DNA from: a virus
Lineage: Duplodnaviria; Heunggongvirae; Uroviricota; Caudoviricetes
Direction: 5' to 3' (one strand)
DNA: 47,754 bases
IMG/VR virus record: IMGVR_UViG_2778261224_000004
The notes beneath the pieces are model-generated. The model searched no databases, had not been told where the DNA came from, and saw only the letters and a list, made by a program, of their open reading frames with translations. The position numbers and the translations under genes were made by a program. This document shows, piece by piece, positions 29,564 to 38,200 of this stretch (position 1 is its first letter; each line of letters begins with the position of its first letter).

Positions 29564-29882
29564 GATTAAACCCTAATGCGTCAACTATCCGCGCCAGATT
29601 GCCCCTGAAATACAGAACAACGATGCAGATAATCAGATTTCCAATAACCACCAGCCAGTGGGATTCTTGATAAAGACCGAACACATAACGGAAGGGAACA
29701 TTGGCGTATACAATGACGTAGATATAAGCCAGAAAGGAAACAAATGGACGATGCCTGGAGTCTTTCCGTCGATAAAGCATCAGCGCCATTACTATTACTG
29801 TGCAAAGCACCGCATTAATCAGTGCTGACGGGTCACTGCTTACCATTTGAACCCCCTCCACGTAATCGGGAAAGCATTCCAA
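29550..29882 (-). CDS. Holin/antiholin-like membrane protein (start uncertain)
   Basis: 110-aa ORF with hydrophobic helices; internal Met at MVSSDPSAL is an alternative start. Confidence 0.45.
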   Translation of the reverse strand: MECFPDYVEGVQMVSSDPSALINAVLCTVIVMALMLYRRKDSRHRPFVSFLAYIYVIVYANVPFRYVFGLYQESHWLVVIGNLIICIVVLYFRGNLARIVDALGFNHDQR

Positions 29883-30228
29883 AGATGCTACCGAGATCCT
29901 GGCTGTTTACGAACGTGAGGATTTTAATGGTCAATGCAGCCACAATAACCGCACCAAGCGCATCCAGAGGACGATCGTTGTAGCTGGTCCATTTGGCAAG
30001 AAATGAGCCAACTAACGGCGCTCCAATCACTCCAACAATGAACGATGTAAAGAAATAGCCAATCAGCTTGAGACGGCTAATATTCACCGCTGTAGCAACA
30101 TAGAAAACAGCGCCAGCAAATGCCCCGAATACAACGCCGTAATCAATACCAGTTGCAATACCAAAAACGCTGGCACCCATCAGGCCACCAGCAGCAACGG
30201 CCGTACCGGAAATTGGTTCTGCTGACAT
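29833..30228 (-). CDS. Holin-like membrane protein
   Basis: 131-aa ORF, Gly/Ala-rich TM segments, first gene of lysis block. Confidence 0.5.
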   Translation of the reverse strand: MSAEPISGTAVAAGGLMGASVFGIATGIDYGVVFGAFAGAVFYVATAVNISRLKLIGYFFTSFIVGVIGAPLVGSFLAKWTSYNDRPLDALGAVIVAALTIKILTFVNSQDLGSIFGMLSRLRGGGSNGKQ

Positions 30229-30241
30229 TGAAATCCTCGTT

Positions 30242-30272
30242 AAAAAAAAAGCCCCGCCGAAAAAGGCAGGGC
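30242..30272 (-). terminator. Rho-independent terminator (minus strand) just upstream of the lysis cassette
   Basis: Minus strand GCCCTGCC-TTTTTC-GGCGGGGC stem-loop (8 bp incl. one G-U) followed by nine T. Confidence 0.7.
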
Positions 30273-30418
30273 TTCATAAAGCAACAAATTACGCGGTAAT
30301 CGCTTAACGCAGTTTTACTACGTTAAATGAAACACTACACCCAGTTACCACCTAAAACAAGGTTTCCCCATAAAAAAACCTTCATATCGTGGTTAATCGA
30401 TCAATAAAAAAGCAATGT

Positions 30419-30610
30419 TCAACTTTTTACCAACTGAACATCCCGACCAGGACTTCCATAATATTCGCCGATATTCCACTGCTTAAGTTGAGTAATCTTC
30501 TCCAACTTAACTCCCACAGAATCCAATTTCTGCCATGTTTTCGGTTGTATGTGCCTCATTACCCGCTCTGAATATCTAAATACTGCTCGTAGCCTCGCTA
30601 AATTGCTCAC
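30419..30610 (-). CDS. Hypothetical protein
   Basis: 63-aa ORF, ATGA overlap with upstream gene. Confidence 0.35.
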   Translation of the reverse strand: MSNLARLRAVFRYSERVMRHIQPKTWQKLDSVGVKLEKITQLKQWNIGEYYGSPGRDVQLVKS

Positions 30611-31368
30611 TTGTCGCCTCCTTTACGAATCTGTTCCGCCCACTCCTCAAGAGATTTCTCCGCATATTCACCGGACAGGCCATCAATCGGGTGCGGTTCA
30701 TTAGCCAACTCTTCTTTCGCTGACAAAATCATGCGTGTAACGTCGAAAACTTCACGCAAAGACTTATTGATAAATCCGTGATTGAACGCAGCAGCAAGAC
30801 GGCTTGCGGTGTAGTTAATCCCCTCGTTGCGTGCCTCCGCACGTATTTCAGCCAGGAAAGCATCGGTGGCTGGAATGGGCTTTTGTGGTGATATAGCAAT
30901 GCGAATTGTCTCAAGGTCTGGAGCTGTTTCCGCTGTTGGCACCTTGATATAACCCGTCTGCACCCCATTCATGATGAACCTGCGACGGTCATCACATATC
31001 GCCTTAAGCCCTGCATTCTCCGCCGCCAGCGCCGCACGACTGGCCTCCAGTTCAGCAATGCGTTTGCTTTGTGCTTCCCGTTCATTCAGCAACGCCTGCA
31101 CTACTTCTGGGTTGAAAGCTGCGATATAACGAGCGTTGTTCTCTGCGTTTTTCTGTCCGTCAAAGCCGGTCCATTTGATAACGTCTTCACATCGTTTATC
31201 ACCGGGTGTATGCACCGCATATGTACCAGTACCCGACGAAATAAATGCGACCCATTCGCCCTGTGTTGCCTGTTTTGCTATCTCACGTAGTGCCTGATAG
31301 TTAATTGCTGTGCTGTTAGTCATTCCAGGCCTCCAGCTCGTTCTGAATCTCCTCGTCAACCTCGTCAT
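30607..31368 (-). CDS. Hypothetical protein (possibly Ead/Ea22-like; start may be at Met 31323)
   Basis: 253-aa ORF with central coiled-coil-like segment; family assignment by recollection only. Confidence 0.4.
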   Translation of the reverse strand: MTRLTRRFRTSWRPGMTNSTAINYQALREIAKQATQGEWVAFISSGTGTYAVHTPGDKRCEDVIKWTGFDGQKNAENNARYIAAFNPEVVQALLNEREAQSKRIAELEASRAALAAENAGLKAICDDRRRFIMNGVQTGYIKVPTAETAPDLETIRIAISPQKPIPATDAFLAEIRAEARNEGINYTASRLAAAFNHGFINKSLREVFDVTRMILSAKEELANEPHPIDGLSGEYAEKSLEEWAEQIRKGGDK

Positions 31369-31660
31369 TGGTGGCGTCTTCGTTCAGATGGTCGCGCGCC
31401 TCTTTGAGATACTGTTCACGGCGTTCGTGGTACCAGGCTGAGAACTCCGGCGACCATCCTCGATTAGCCCCCTGAAAATCTACCATCGCATTATCCTCGG
31501 CCATACGCTCGACCATGCAATCCGCGGTGTTCAGTGCAACCTCACGGATGTACCCCCGCAGGTCGCGCTTACGCCAATACGGGCTATATTTTGAGTCGCA
31601 GCGGCCTTTAAATTCGACGGTCCAGCGACGGATGCAGCGTGCGTTAAGTGATTTGCTCAT
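31316..31660 (-). CDS. Hypothetical protein
   Basis: 114-aa ORF with acidic C-terminus. Confidence 0.4.
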   Translation of the reverse strand: MSKSLNARCIRRWTVEFKGRCDSKYSPYWRKRDLRGYIREVALNTADCMVERMAEDNAMVDFQGANRGWSPEFSAWYHERREQYLKEARDHLNEDATNDEVDEEIQNELEAWND

Positions 31661-31662
31661 AG

Positions 31663-32274
31663 TTATGCTTCCTTAATACGCTTAAACTCAATTACCCATA
31701 CCCACGGGTTAGATAGCCAGTTCTCTTGCCCGTAAATACCGCGCCAGATATCACCAAAGCCAACGCGATAAACAGCTTCCGGCGGTGTAATCTTGTACGT
31801 CACCGGAGATGCGCCTTCTGCTTTAGCATCTGCCTCGCTCATGTCATGTAGCCGTTCCACACGCACGTCGGTTATTTCCAACAGAATACGGCTGGCCCAA
31901 CGTGGCATGTGAATTGATGGGGTCCAACCCTCAGCTGGCTTGCTACTATCTGAGTAATCAGCCTTGTAATCACACAGTTCAGAAGCCAGAGAGACACCAT
32001 CTTTGATTTCCTGAATGACATCGTTATCCAGCCAAAAAGCGTTGAATGTTTCACGTACCCATATGCGATCACCAACGTTACCGAACGGGCATAAACCATG
32101 TTCCGGTGCATCCATAACGTGGGTATAGACACCATTGCGTTTCTTTGTCGGTTTACGGATAACCAGGCAGTTATCGGCCCTGACATTTTTTACAGGTCGG
32201 CGAGTCTGCGTCTTCCTTCCTTCGAGGATGGCCCTAACCATATCGTCATTAAAAACAACACCACGTTCTTTCAT
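31663..32274 (-). CDS. Hypothetical protein (possible ASCH/PUA-like fold)
   Basis: 203-aa ORF; N-terminal ..MVRAILEGRKTQTRRP.. pattern. Confidence 0.4.
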   Translation of the reverse strand: MKERGVVFNDDMVRAILEGRKTQTRRPVKNVRADNCLVIRKPTKKRNGVYTHVMDAPEHGLCPFGNVGDRIWVRETFNAFWLDNDVIQEIKDGVSLASELCDYKADYSDSSKPAEGWTPSIHMPRWASRILLEITDVRVERLHDMSEADAKAEGASPVTYKITPPEAVYRVGFGDIWRGIYGQENWLSNPWVWVIEFKRIKEA

Positions 32275-32525
32275 TTAGAAGCCACCTTGTTCAATTTCCG
32301 GCGACAAGACACGCAATCATCAGGACTCTCAAAAGTGTCTGGCTCACGGTAATCACCAAAATACATCCAACGGCCGCAAATGCTGGTTACTTCACCTTCA
32401 TTAAAATAATGATGTTTATTCGCCTTCATTGGCCTGACCCATCCGGCATTTTTCTTGCTCACTTCAACTCCTCCCGACGACGTTCCTGAAGCTCTAGCAT
32501 TGCGGCTCGGAAATCCTGCCACCAT
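32271..32525 (-). CDS. Hypothetical Cys-containing small protein
   Basis: 84-aa ORF; likely shorter from an internal Met. Confidence 0.35.
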   Translation of the reverse strand: MVAGFPSRNARASGTSSGGVEVSKKNAGWVRPMKANKHHYFNEGEVTSICGRWMYFGDYREPDTFESPDDCVSCRRKLNKVASK

Positions 32526-32824
32526 TCCTCATCGGCTACTGGGGTGTTCCGCTCCAGCACCTTGTCCGCATCGGCGATCAGGTTTGCCAGACTCTTGTCT
32601 GAAATCTTCGTTACCGGAGTCGTTGGTTGCTCAACCTGCCCGATAGGTTTTATCGTGCTCAAAAGGAGGCGACGGCGGGAAAGTGGTGCCCCACAACGAC
32701 GGCCATCTTCCTTGCGATATGTTTCTTTCGGACCAACACACCAGGTTGTCGGCGTCTCGCGCAACTTCACTTTTTTCTCACCATCATTGGTAATGATTAT
32801 TCCGGTATGGGTTTTGATGCTCAT
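32459..32824 (-). CDS. Hypothetical protein
   Basis: 121-aa ORF. Confidence 0.4.
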   Translation of the reverse strand: MSIKTHTGIIITNDGEKKVKLRETPTTWCVGPKETYRKEDGRRCGAPLSRRRLLLSTIKPIGQVEQPTTPVTKISDKSLANLIADADKVLERNTPVADEEWWQDFRAAMLELQERRREELK

Positions 32825-33123
32825 GCCACAGCCCCTCTCAACGGCTTAACTTTGGCTAATAAGGTGTTAAACAACATGGAGTTAGGATTCATGCCAAATG
32901 GCAATTCCGGTTTAGCGGAGTAGTACAGGCAACCATTTATTTTCCTGGTTGTTATCTGTCCTTCGGCAACCATGCTTCTCAGTCTGCAACGCATAGAGTT
33001 CTGCGACACACCAATGTGCTCCGCGATTACGTCCACTTTTGAACATGGGTGATCGGTCAGGAAATTAATCACATCTTGGGGGTTAATAATTTTGCGTTTC
33101 ATTGTCGAGGCGTCCTTATACAT
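32821..33123 (-). CDS. Hypothetical protein, possible winged-helix DNA-binding regulator
   Basis: 100-aa ORF; own AT-rich motif copy immediately upstream (33125-33150). Confidence 0.4.
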   Translation of the reverse strand: MYKDASTMKRKIINPQDVINFLTDHPCSKVDVIAEHIGVSQNSMRCRLRSMVAEGQITTRKINGCLYYSAKPELPFGMNPNSMLFNTLLAKVKPLRGAVA

Positions 33124-33179
33124 TTATATAAATATATAATTCTATATATGGCGGGAGACGTCCCGCCGTAGGCTTACTG

Positions 33180-34247
33180 TCAGGCTTTCAATAGCGATTC
33201 TTTTAGATATCGGGCATCAGCCAGGGCGTTTGGAGTAATCTTGCGAACCCATGCATTACGGGTTGGACTCCACTTAAAGGCGCGTGATTTAAGCAGCGAA
33301 CGAATGTTTGCCTCTGGTTTGCCAGGGAAATAAAACAGGATGCGGTTATCCTCTGGATCTATCTCCATAGAAAAGCCGTCGTATTCTTCGCGCTGTGCTC
33401 CTGTTACAGACTTGACCGATTCAAGCTCCTTAATACGGCTCTGTAGTCGTTTGATTTCGGCGTTATTGTTGCTCAGTGCGTATGAAGGGAATCCGATGCG
33501 CCCACAGAAATCTCCGGCCAGTAACTCTTTGGCTTCGCTTTCTGTAAACCTGAGATCGATTAATGCAGAAAGCTGCTGTATTTGGTCTTTTTTGTATTTG
33601 CGAATGGCCTTATTTGCGGCCTTCATTTTGACGTGTGACTTCATGCAGCCTTGCAGCTTACGAAGCAACTTAAATAGCGCATCAGGATCATCAGACGAAA
33701 TTCCATTACGACCAACACCTGCGGCTTTGCTCTCGTAGTGTGATGCTTTACTTTCGCATTCAACAAACGCTTTTCTGAATAACGCATCAGCTTTAGACAA
33801 ACGGCGGCGATGGCCTTTCGCGCTATAATGGTCAACTAAAATCGGCTGGCCTAACGGGATCACATCCAACAGGTCATGCGCTCGCTTATGCGCTACCGCA
33901 CCTTCTTTTCTGGCTTTTTCTGCACGAGCAATATATCGGGCAAGACGCGCGTTCTGGCGTTCCTGATAGGTGTTTACGTAATCATCTCCGCGCTGCTGCT
34001 GTTCAAGCCATGCTTTGCGCAGATCTTCTGTTACGTCCACCAGCTCCGCAGGGATACAACCAGTTTGGGCTTCATAAGAGTAACCATCCTCATAGATACG
34101 CCCATCGTCTTCAACAAAGAAAAAGGTTTCGTGCTCATCGCTTTTGACCATACGACCATTAACATGGCGTAATAGGTAGCCAGTATCAGTGCTTAACAGG
34201 CTGTTAGGGTTGTTGATCCAGTCAGAAATAATTACTTGTTTATTCAT
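33180..34247 (-). CDS. Hypothetical protein (DUF3560-like by recollection), first gene after repeat copy B
   Basis: ORF track gives 33180..34301; start moved to Met 34247, which aligns with the start codons of the other two cassette copies and has a GGAG RBS. Confidence 0.45.
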   Translation of the reverse strand: MNKQVIISDWINNPNSLLSTDTGYLLRHVNGRMVKSDEHETFFFVEDDGRIYEDGYSYEAQTGCIPAELVDVTEDLRKAWLEQQQRGDDYVNTYQERQNARLARYIARAEKARKEGAVAHKRAHDLLDVIPLGQPILVDHYSAKGHRRRLSKADALFRKAFVECESKASHYESKAAGVGRNGISSDDPDALFKLLRKLQGCMKSHVKMKAANKAIRKYKKDQIQQLSALIDLRFTESEAKELLAGDFCGRIGFPSYALSNNNAEIKRLQSRIKELESVKSVTGAQREEYDGFSMEIDPEDNRILFYFPGKPEANIRSLLKSRAFKWSPTRNAWVRKITPNALADARYLKESLLKA

Positions 34248-34355
34248 CAGATTTCTCCGGTTTAACCAGGGCGGGTATCGCTCGGTTTCGGGCATAACCA
34301 TAGGAAATTTTTTCCCACCTGTAAAGCACTTTTTATATAAATCTATAATTATATA
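34245..34355 (-). promoter_or_regulatory. Conserved ~112-bp promoter/leader cassette, copy B (immediately downstream of Q-like gene)
   Basis: Near-identical to copies A and C. Confidence 0.55.
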
Positions 34356-34416
34356 TTTATAGATTTTCGATGTTCCCGATGTCTACACACCATCAAAACA
34401 GCTCAAAATGACACTT

Positions 34417-34794
34417 TTACTCTCTTCGCTTTTTCAAATAGTCGACAACATACGCCCTGGCTTTTGCCAGCTTCCGGCGATACTGTCTGAGGCTAAGAGA
34501 AAGGGCGTGGGCTTTATCAATATGCGGTGCATTTATGTCGAGGCCCCGAATCTCCCACGCCCCGTATTCAATTCGGACAACCAGCGCCGCAGTCTCATCA
34601 ACTACCGTGAGGGCCGTCACCGCTCCCTCTATACTGGTTTCCAGTGAGTCATTTGGTGCGCCGCCCCCTCCGGTAAACTGGCAGCGCGTAACCATCATCA
34701 TTTCTAACATCGACGCGAAACCGCTACGGGCGTTGCAGCCATTGCGCACCCACAGCGCCCATAGCTCAAACAAGCTATCCAGATCGCGTCTCAC
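34417..34794 (-). CDS. Putative late antiterminator, QuuD-like (Phage_antitermQ family)
   Basis: 125-aa ORF; N-terminus MRRDLDSLFELWALWVRNG resembles the QuuD-type start MRDIQMVLERWGAW as recalled; followed by promoter cassette B. Confidence 0.45.
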   Translation of the reverse strand: MRRDLDSLFELWALWVRNGCNARSGFASMLEMMMVTRCQFTGGGGAPNDSLETSIEGAVTALTVVDETAALVVRIEYGAWEIRGLDINAPHIDKAHALSLSLRQYRRKLAKARAYVVDYLKKRRE

Positions 34795-34797
34795 TGT

Positions 34798-35130
34798 TCA
34801 GATCTCCCGTATCGTGACGGGATAAAGCGCCTCTACCTGCTTTTTCTTCATGATGTAGACGTCTGTTCGCACACCTTTAGTGTCGACACAATCAATCGTC
34901 CCATCGTCATAAAACACCATGAAATCAAGTTTATAAACGACACCACCTGGCAGATGAAAAGGCACCTGCATAAGAAACGTCACAACGCGGCCAGCTTTTC
35001 TCAGTAGCTTCAGTTCGCAGTAGTAATCAGCCTCTTTTTTGCTATCAAAAGCGATATCATCGACAACCGTTTTTTTATTGCCGTATTTGCTTTTCCTTGT
35101 CGCTGGTTTGCGAAAGCCGGTATATCTCAT
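34798..35130 (-). CDS. DUF1064-like lambdoid nin-region protein
   Basis: 110-aa ORF, MRYTGFRK..KYGNKKT..DSKKEADYY pattern. Confidence 0.5.
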   Translation of the reverse strand: MRYTGFRKPATRKSKYGNKKTVVDDIAFDSKKEADYYCELKLLRKAGRVVTFLMQVPFHLPGGVVYKLDFMVFYDDGTIDCVDTKGVRTDVYIMKKKQVEALYPVTIREI

Positions 35131-35531
35131 TTGGTATCCCCTGGTACTTCACCAAGACTAAGATCAAACCCAATTTCGTCTTTAACTGACTGCGGCAACA
35201 GCTCCCACGTCTGCGCACACAAAAATTCATCTGTGCCATAACGCTCAACAAAGCGAGCACAATTACTCAGGGGAGGGTGACGAACGGCAATATGCGGAGG
35301 CACACGCCCACCACCAGGCACAACACCGCGATGATGTGGTGCGCACAACCCAAAGCTATGGAAGTGGCAATTCTCATCAACGCTGCCGTAATCAGGATCG
35401 TGATGTAGCTCCGTCCACAGCTCTGGATTCTCAATTTCACGGCCATCAATAATGCAAGCTATGCAACCCACGTGAGTGAGCACCGCTTGTATATAAAGTT
35501 TCTCTTTCTTCGTTGGTGTACGTCCGTTCAT
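35127..35531 (-). CDS. Hypothetical Cys/His-rich protein (possible metal-binding nuclease-like)
   Basis: 134-aa ORF with CxxC and HH clusters. Confidence 0.4.
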   Translation of the reverse strand: MNGRTPTKKEKLYIQAVLTHVGCIACIIDGREIENPELWTELHHDPDYGSVDENCHFHSFGLCAPHHRGVVPGGGRVPPHIAVRHPPLSNCARFVERYGTDEFLCAQTWELLPQSVKDEIGFDLSLGEVPGDTK

Positions 35532-35764
35532 CAGCGCCCCTTACCATTGATAAAGAGGTTGAACTCGTTGATTAACTGGACATACATGCTTCTGGCCGCG
35601 TAGTTCTTTGCCAGCTCTTTACGGGATGAGATCCCGCAAAACTCACGCAGAATCACAGAGGCCTCAGAACTGTTTGAAACGTTCTTCCCTGTTTTACTGG
35701 TCAGAAAGCGCCAGAATTGGGGATTCTGGCAATGCATCGCAGCACCGCGAACATAACTACTCAT
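35531..35764 (-). CDS. Hypothetical protein
   Basis: 77-aa ORF. Confidence 0.35.
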   Translation of the reverse strand: MSSYVRGAAMHCQNPQFWRFLTSKTGKNVSNSSEASVILREFCGISSRKELAKNYAARSMYVQLINEFNLFINGKGR

Positions 35765-36276
35765 TGATGGCCCCCGTCATTTCTGGTGCTTTTCACCGTG
35801 CGGCTTCTTAAAAACCTGCCATCACGAACAACAGACACTTCTCGTTTACCCAACCTCATTTCACGGCGGTAACATTCAGAAAATGCCTCGTCCGGCATCA
35901 TATAAATGCGACGCTTCGCCTCCGTATCCAGAAGGGAACGGCTTGGGGTTACATATAAGAACGACTCATCAATAGGGACAAAACCACGAGCAAGAATTGC
36001 TGGCAGAATACCAGGAAGAACGCAGAAAACAGCTCCACGATGCAGCAACATCTGGTACTCCATGACCTCCGTAATCCCCGTAACGACTGTTACGGTGTCA
36101 CGTCTGTTACGGCTGGCAACCAGTCGCTGCACACCTCCAATTTTCTGCTCTACAGATAGACGTTTGCTATCGTTATCAATATGATCGATAACAAATCCTT
36201 TAATCGTTTGATCAAGGTAGTGCACCACCTGCGATTGAATCTGGTGATTATCACCAAAGAAGGCCAGAATCATCAT
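35761..36276 (-). CDS. Hypothetical protein
   Basis: 171-aa ORF in early operon. Confidence 0.4.
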   Translation of the reverse strand: MMILAFFGDNHQIQSQVVHYLDQTIKGFVIDHIDNDSKRLSVEQKIGGVQRLVASRNRRDTVTVVTGITEVMEYQMLLHRGAVFCVLPGILPAILARGFVPIDESFLYVTPSRSLLDTEAKRRIYMMPDEAFSECYRREMRLGKREVSVVRDGRFLRSRTVKSTRNDGGHQ

Positions 36277-36767
36277 TCCTCAAGCCTCCCAAGTGCTGAA
36301 CGCCGGGCGTTGCTAATCTCCTTATGAATCAGCTCGATATCGCTGGAATCTTTATTCTTAAGCTCCAGCACGGTAATCGCATCACGAACCTCTGAAACGG
36401 TTACGTGTGAGTGTTTCCAGCGAGCAATGAATCGCGGACCGCGTAGATTGCAACGCTCCGCAGGCATCCCCAGCTCAGAGAAAACCGCTTTCAGCCTTGA
36501 TAAGCAGTTAACAGGGAGATTCCCTTTGATCTTGTTCTGCCGAACCGATGTGCCATCGCTACGCTGGCGCTGACGTTCGGCAAAATCTGCCGCCCATTGC
36601 TGGACGTTAATCCGGCCTTCCGAATACGCCACCAGCAGCGTCAGGTTATCCGCACGAGGGAATCTCTCGAAGCGATACCAGGCACCAATCAGTGATGACG
36701 TAAAGCCAAACTTTCTGGCAACACCAATTTGGCCTCCATTTTCGTCAACCCACTCCTGAAAGGTCAT
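36273..36767 (-). CDS. Cro/CII-like early regulator (N-terminal HTH), divergent from repressor gene
   Basis: 164-aa ORF transcribed away from the CI-like gene; N-terminal ..GGQIGVARKFGFTSSLIGAWY.. HTH-like. Confidence 0.45.
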   Translation of the reverse strand: MTFQEWVDENGGQIGVARKFGFTSSLIGAWYRFERFPRADNLTLLVAYSEGRINVQQWAADFAERQRQRSDGTSVRQNKIKGNLPVNCLSRLKAVFSELGMPAERCNLRGPRFIARWKHSHVTVSEVRDAITVLELKNKDSSDIELIHKEISNARRSALGRLEE

Positions 36768-36786
36768 TTAACGAACTCCAGTTAAA

Positions 36787-36904
36787 ACCACGATACGTGG
36801 TATTAAAACCACATATCGTGAGTTTTTCAATGGGCGAAACAAAAAATAACCTTCTATTTGTGGTCCACCTCTCGTCTTACCATGTGAAAACCACTAAATG
36901 TGGT
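36787..36904. promoter_or_regulatory. Immunity-region operators: palindromes ACCAC-N5-GTGGT between divergent repressor and Cro-like genes
   Basis: Sites at 36787-36801 (ACCACGATACGTGGT), 36808-36822 (imperfect) and 36890-36904 (ACCACTAAATGTGGT). Confidence 0.6.
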
Positions 36905-36941
36905 AATGTATAAATAACCCACCATTCACGATTGATGAGAC

Positions 36942-37598
36942 ATGAAAAGCAACGACGAGAACATCAAGAAAGAAATAGGTCTGCGCATTCAGACTCTACG
37001 GAAACAATCCGGCATGACTGCCGGAGATCTCCAGCAAGTCACTGGAATAGGCTTAAGCACCTTGCAGAACTATGAGGCCGGATTAAGACAACCATCTATA
37101 CCTGCCATCAAGAAAATCGCGCACGCCCTGAAAGCATCAGCGCCTTATATCGCGTGCTTAACAGATAACCCGTTCCCACCCCAGAATACTAACGCTCCTG
37201 TTATTCCTGGGCTTGTAGCTATAAAAAATGACATAGCATCGCACGCCGGAGAAAAGCCAGTGCTGGCGATAGAACAGGAGATTCTACGAAGCAAGAACAT
37301 CAACCCATCGTCTCTGTCAGTTCTCCAGAGCAACGATGAGTTAATGTCACCAACAATATCCCCAGGCTCCCAAGTCCTGATTAATACAGACGATACAGAG
37401 ATTCATGAGGGGATCTATGCCCTTGAAGACAGAAATGGCCTGGTTGTTTTGAGGCACTGTAGAGTCATACCGGGTGACAATGCTGTTATGCTGTCAACCG
37501 AAAGGGATGCTGAAATGAACACTAAGCATCTGAATAACGAGGAATTTAAGCGTTATAAAGTTCTTGGCCGCGTAGTTAGTGTTGTCAACTGGTTATGA
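36942..37598 (+). CDS. CI-like repressor (HTH_XRE N-terminus, LexA/S24-like C-terminal domain)
   Basis: 218-aa ORF; ..QTLRKQSGMTAGDLQQVTGIGLSTLQNYEAG.. HTH and S24-like C-terminal domain. Confidence 0.8.
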   Translation: MKSNDENIKKEIGLRIQTLRKQSGMTAGDLQQVTGIGLSTLQNYEAGLRQPSIPAIKKIAHALKASAPYIACLTDNPFPPQNTNAPVIPGLVAIKNDIASHAGEKPVLAIEQEILRSKNINPSSLSVLQSNDELMSPTISPGSQVLINTDDTEIHEGIYALEDRNGLVVLRHCRVIPGDNAVMLSTERDAEMNTKHLNNEEFKRYKVLGRVVSVVNWL

Positions 37599-37640
37599 TA
37601 CACAGCACGGCGAAAGCCGTGCATTTCTACGCTCAAAAAA

Positions 37641-37655
37641 ACCACATTTTGTGGT
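37641..37655. promoter_or_regulatory. Operator-like palindrome ACCACATTTTGTGGT between repressor gene and downstream ORF
   Basis: Perfect outer half-sites; adjacent TTGACA at 37657-37662. Confidence 0.45.
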
Positions 37656-37690
37656 TTTGACAACATGTAAAAGTATAAAAGAGGCTACGC

Positions 37691-38065
37691 ATGGAATTAC
37701 ATACAGCCAATAAAAACGAAACTCTGATCACTGCTGGAATCGAAATCCAAGCGTTGAACATAGCGATTGAGTGTATGTTATGCCAAATCATTGATAATGA
37801 GAAAGATATCGACTGGATAGAATCTATCCTTCATCTGGCATCAGAACAAAAAGTCTGCCTCAAAACGGCCTTACAATACGATGTGCCAGCGGTATCGAAG
37901 CTGTGCCAGCCATTGATGGCATATAACAGGGCTATTATTTCTGTATGCCTCATGATTCTTGATGAAACCCCCCCTCTTAGCGACCGCTCAGAAGCTGCTC
38001 TAACCCTCTCACGTAAACAGCGACAGCTAGCAAATCAACTGATATCAACGATAGCTGACCTCTGA
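37691..38065 (+). CDS. Hypothetical protein encoded directly downstream of the repressor
   Basis: 124-aa ORF followed by a hairpin terminator. Confidence 0.45.
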   Translation: MELHTANKNETLITAGIEIQALNIAIECMLCQIIDNEKDIDWIESILHLASEQKVCLKTALQYDVPAVSKLCQPLMAYNRAIISVCLMILDETPPLSDRSEAALTLSRKQRQLANQLISTIADL

Positions 38066-38069
38066 CTGC

Positions 38070-38089
38070 AAGCGGGCTAACGCCCGCTT
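38070..38089 (+). terminator. Hairpin (candidate terminator) after the 124-aa ORF
   Basis: AAGCGGGC-TAAC-GCCCGCTT perfect 8-bp stem; downstream tract AT-rich rather than a clean T run. Confidence 0.45.
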
Positions 38090-38200
38090 ATATGATTATA
38101 GATTTATATAATTATATAAAACGCTTTTCATCAGCCAAAAAGTTGGTTATGCTTACCTCGTTCTATAAATATAGATTTATAGAATTATATAACCAAACAC
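38085..38200 (+). promoter_or_regulatory. Two copies of the AT-rich ATTATAGATTTATAtAA motif upstream of parA (promoter/centromere candidate)
   Basis: Motif at about 38090-38115 and 38165-38190; a third copy lies upstream of parG at 38861-38900. Confidence 0.45.
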
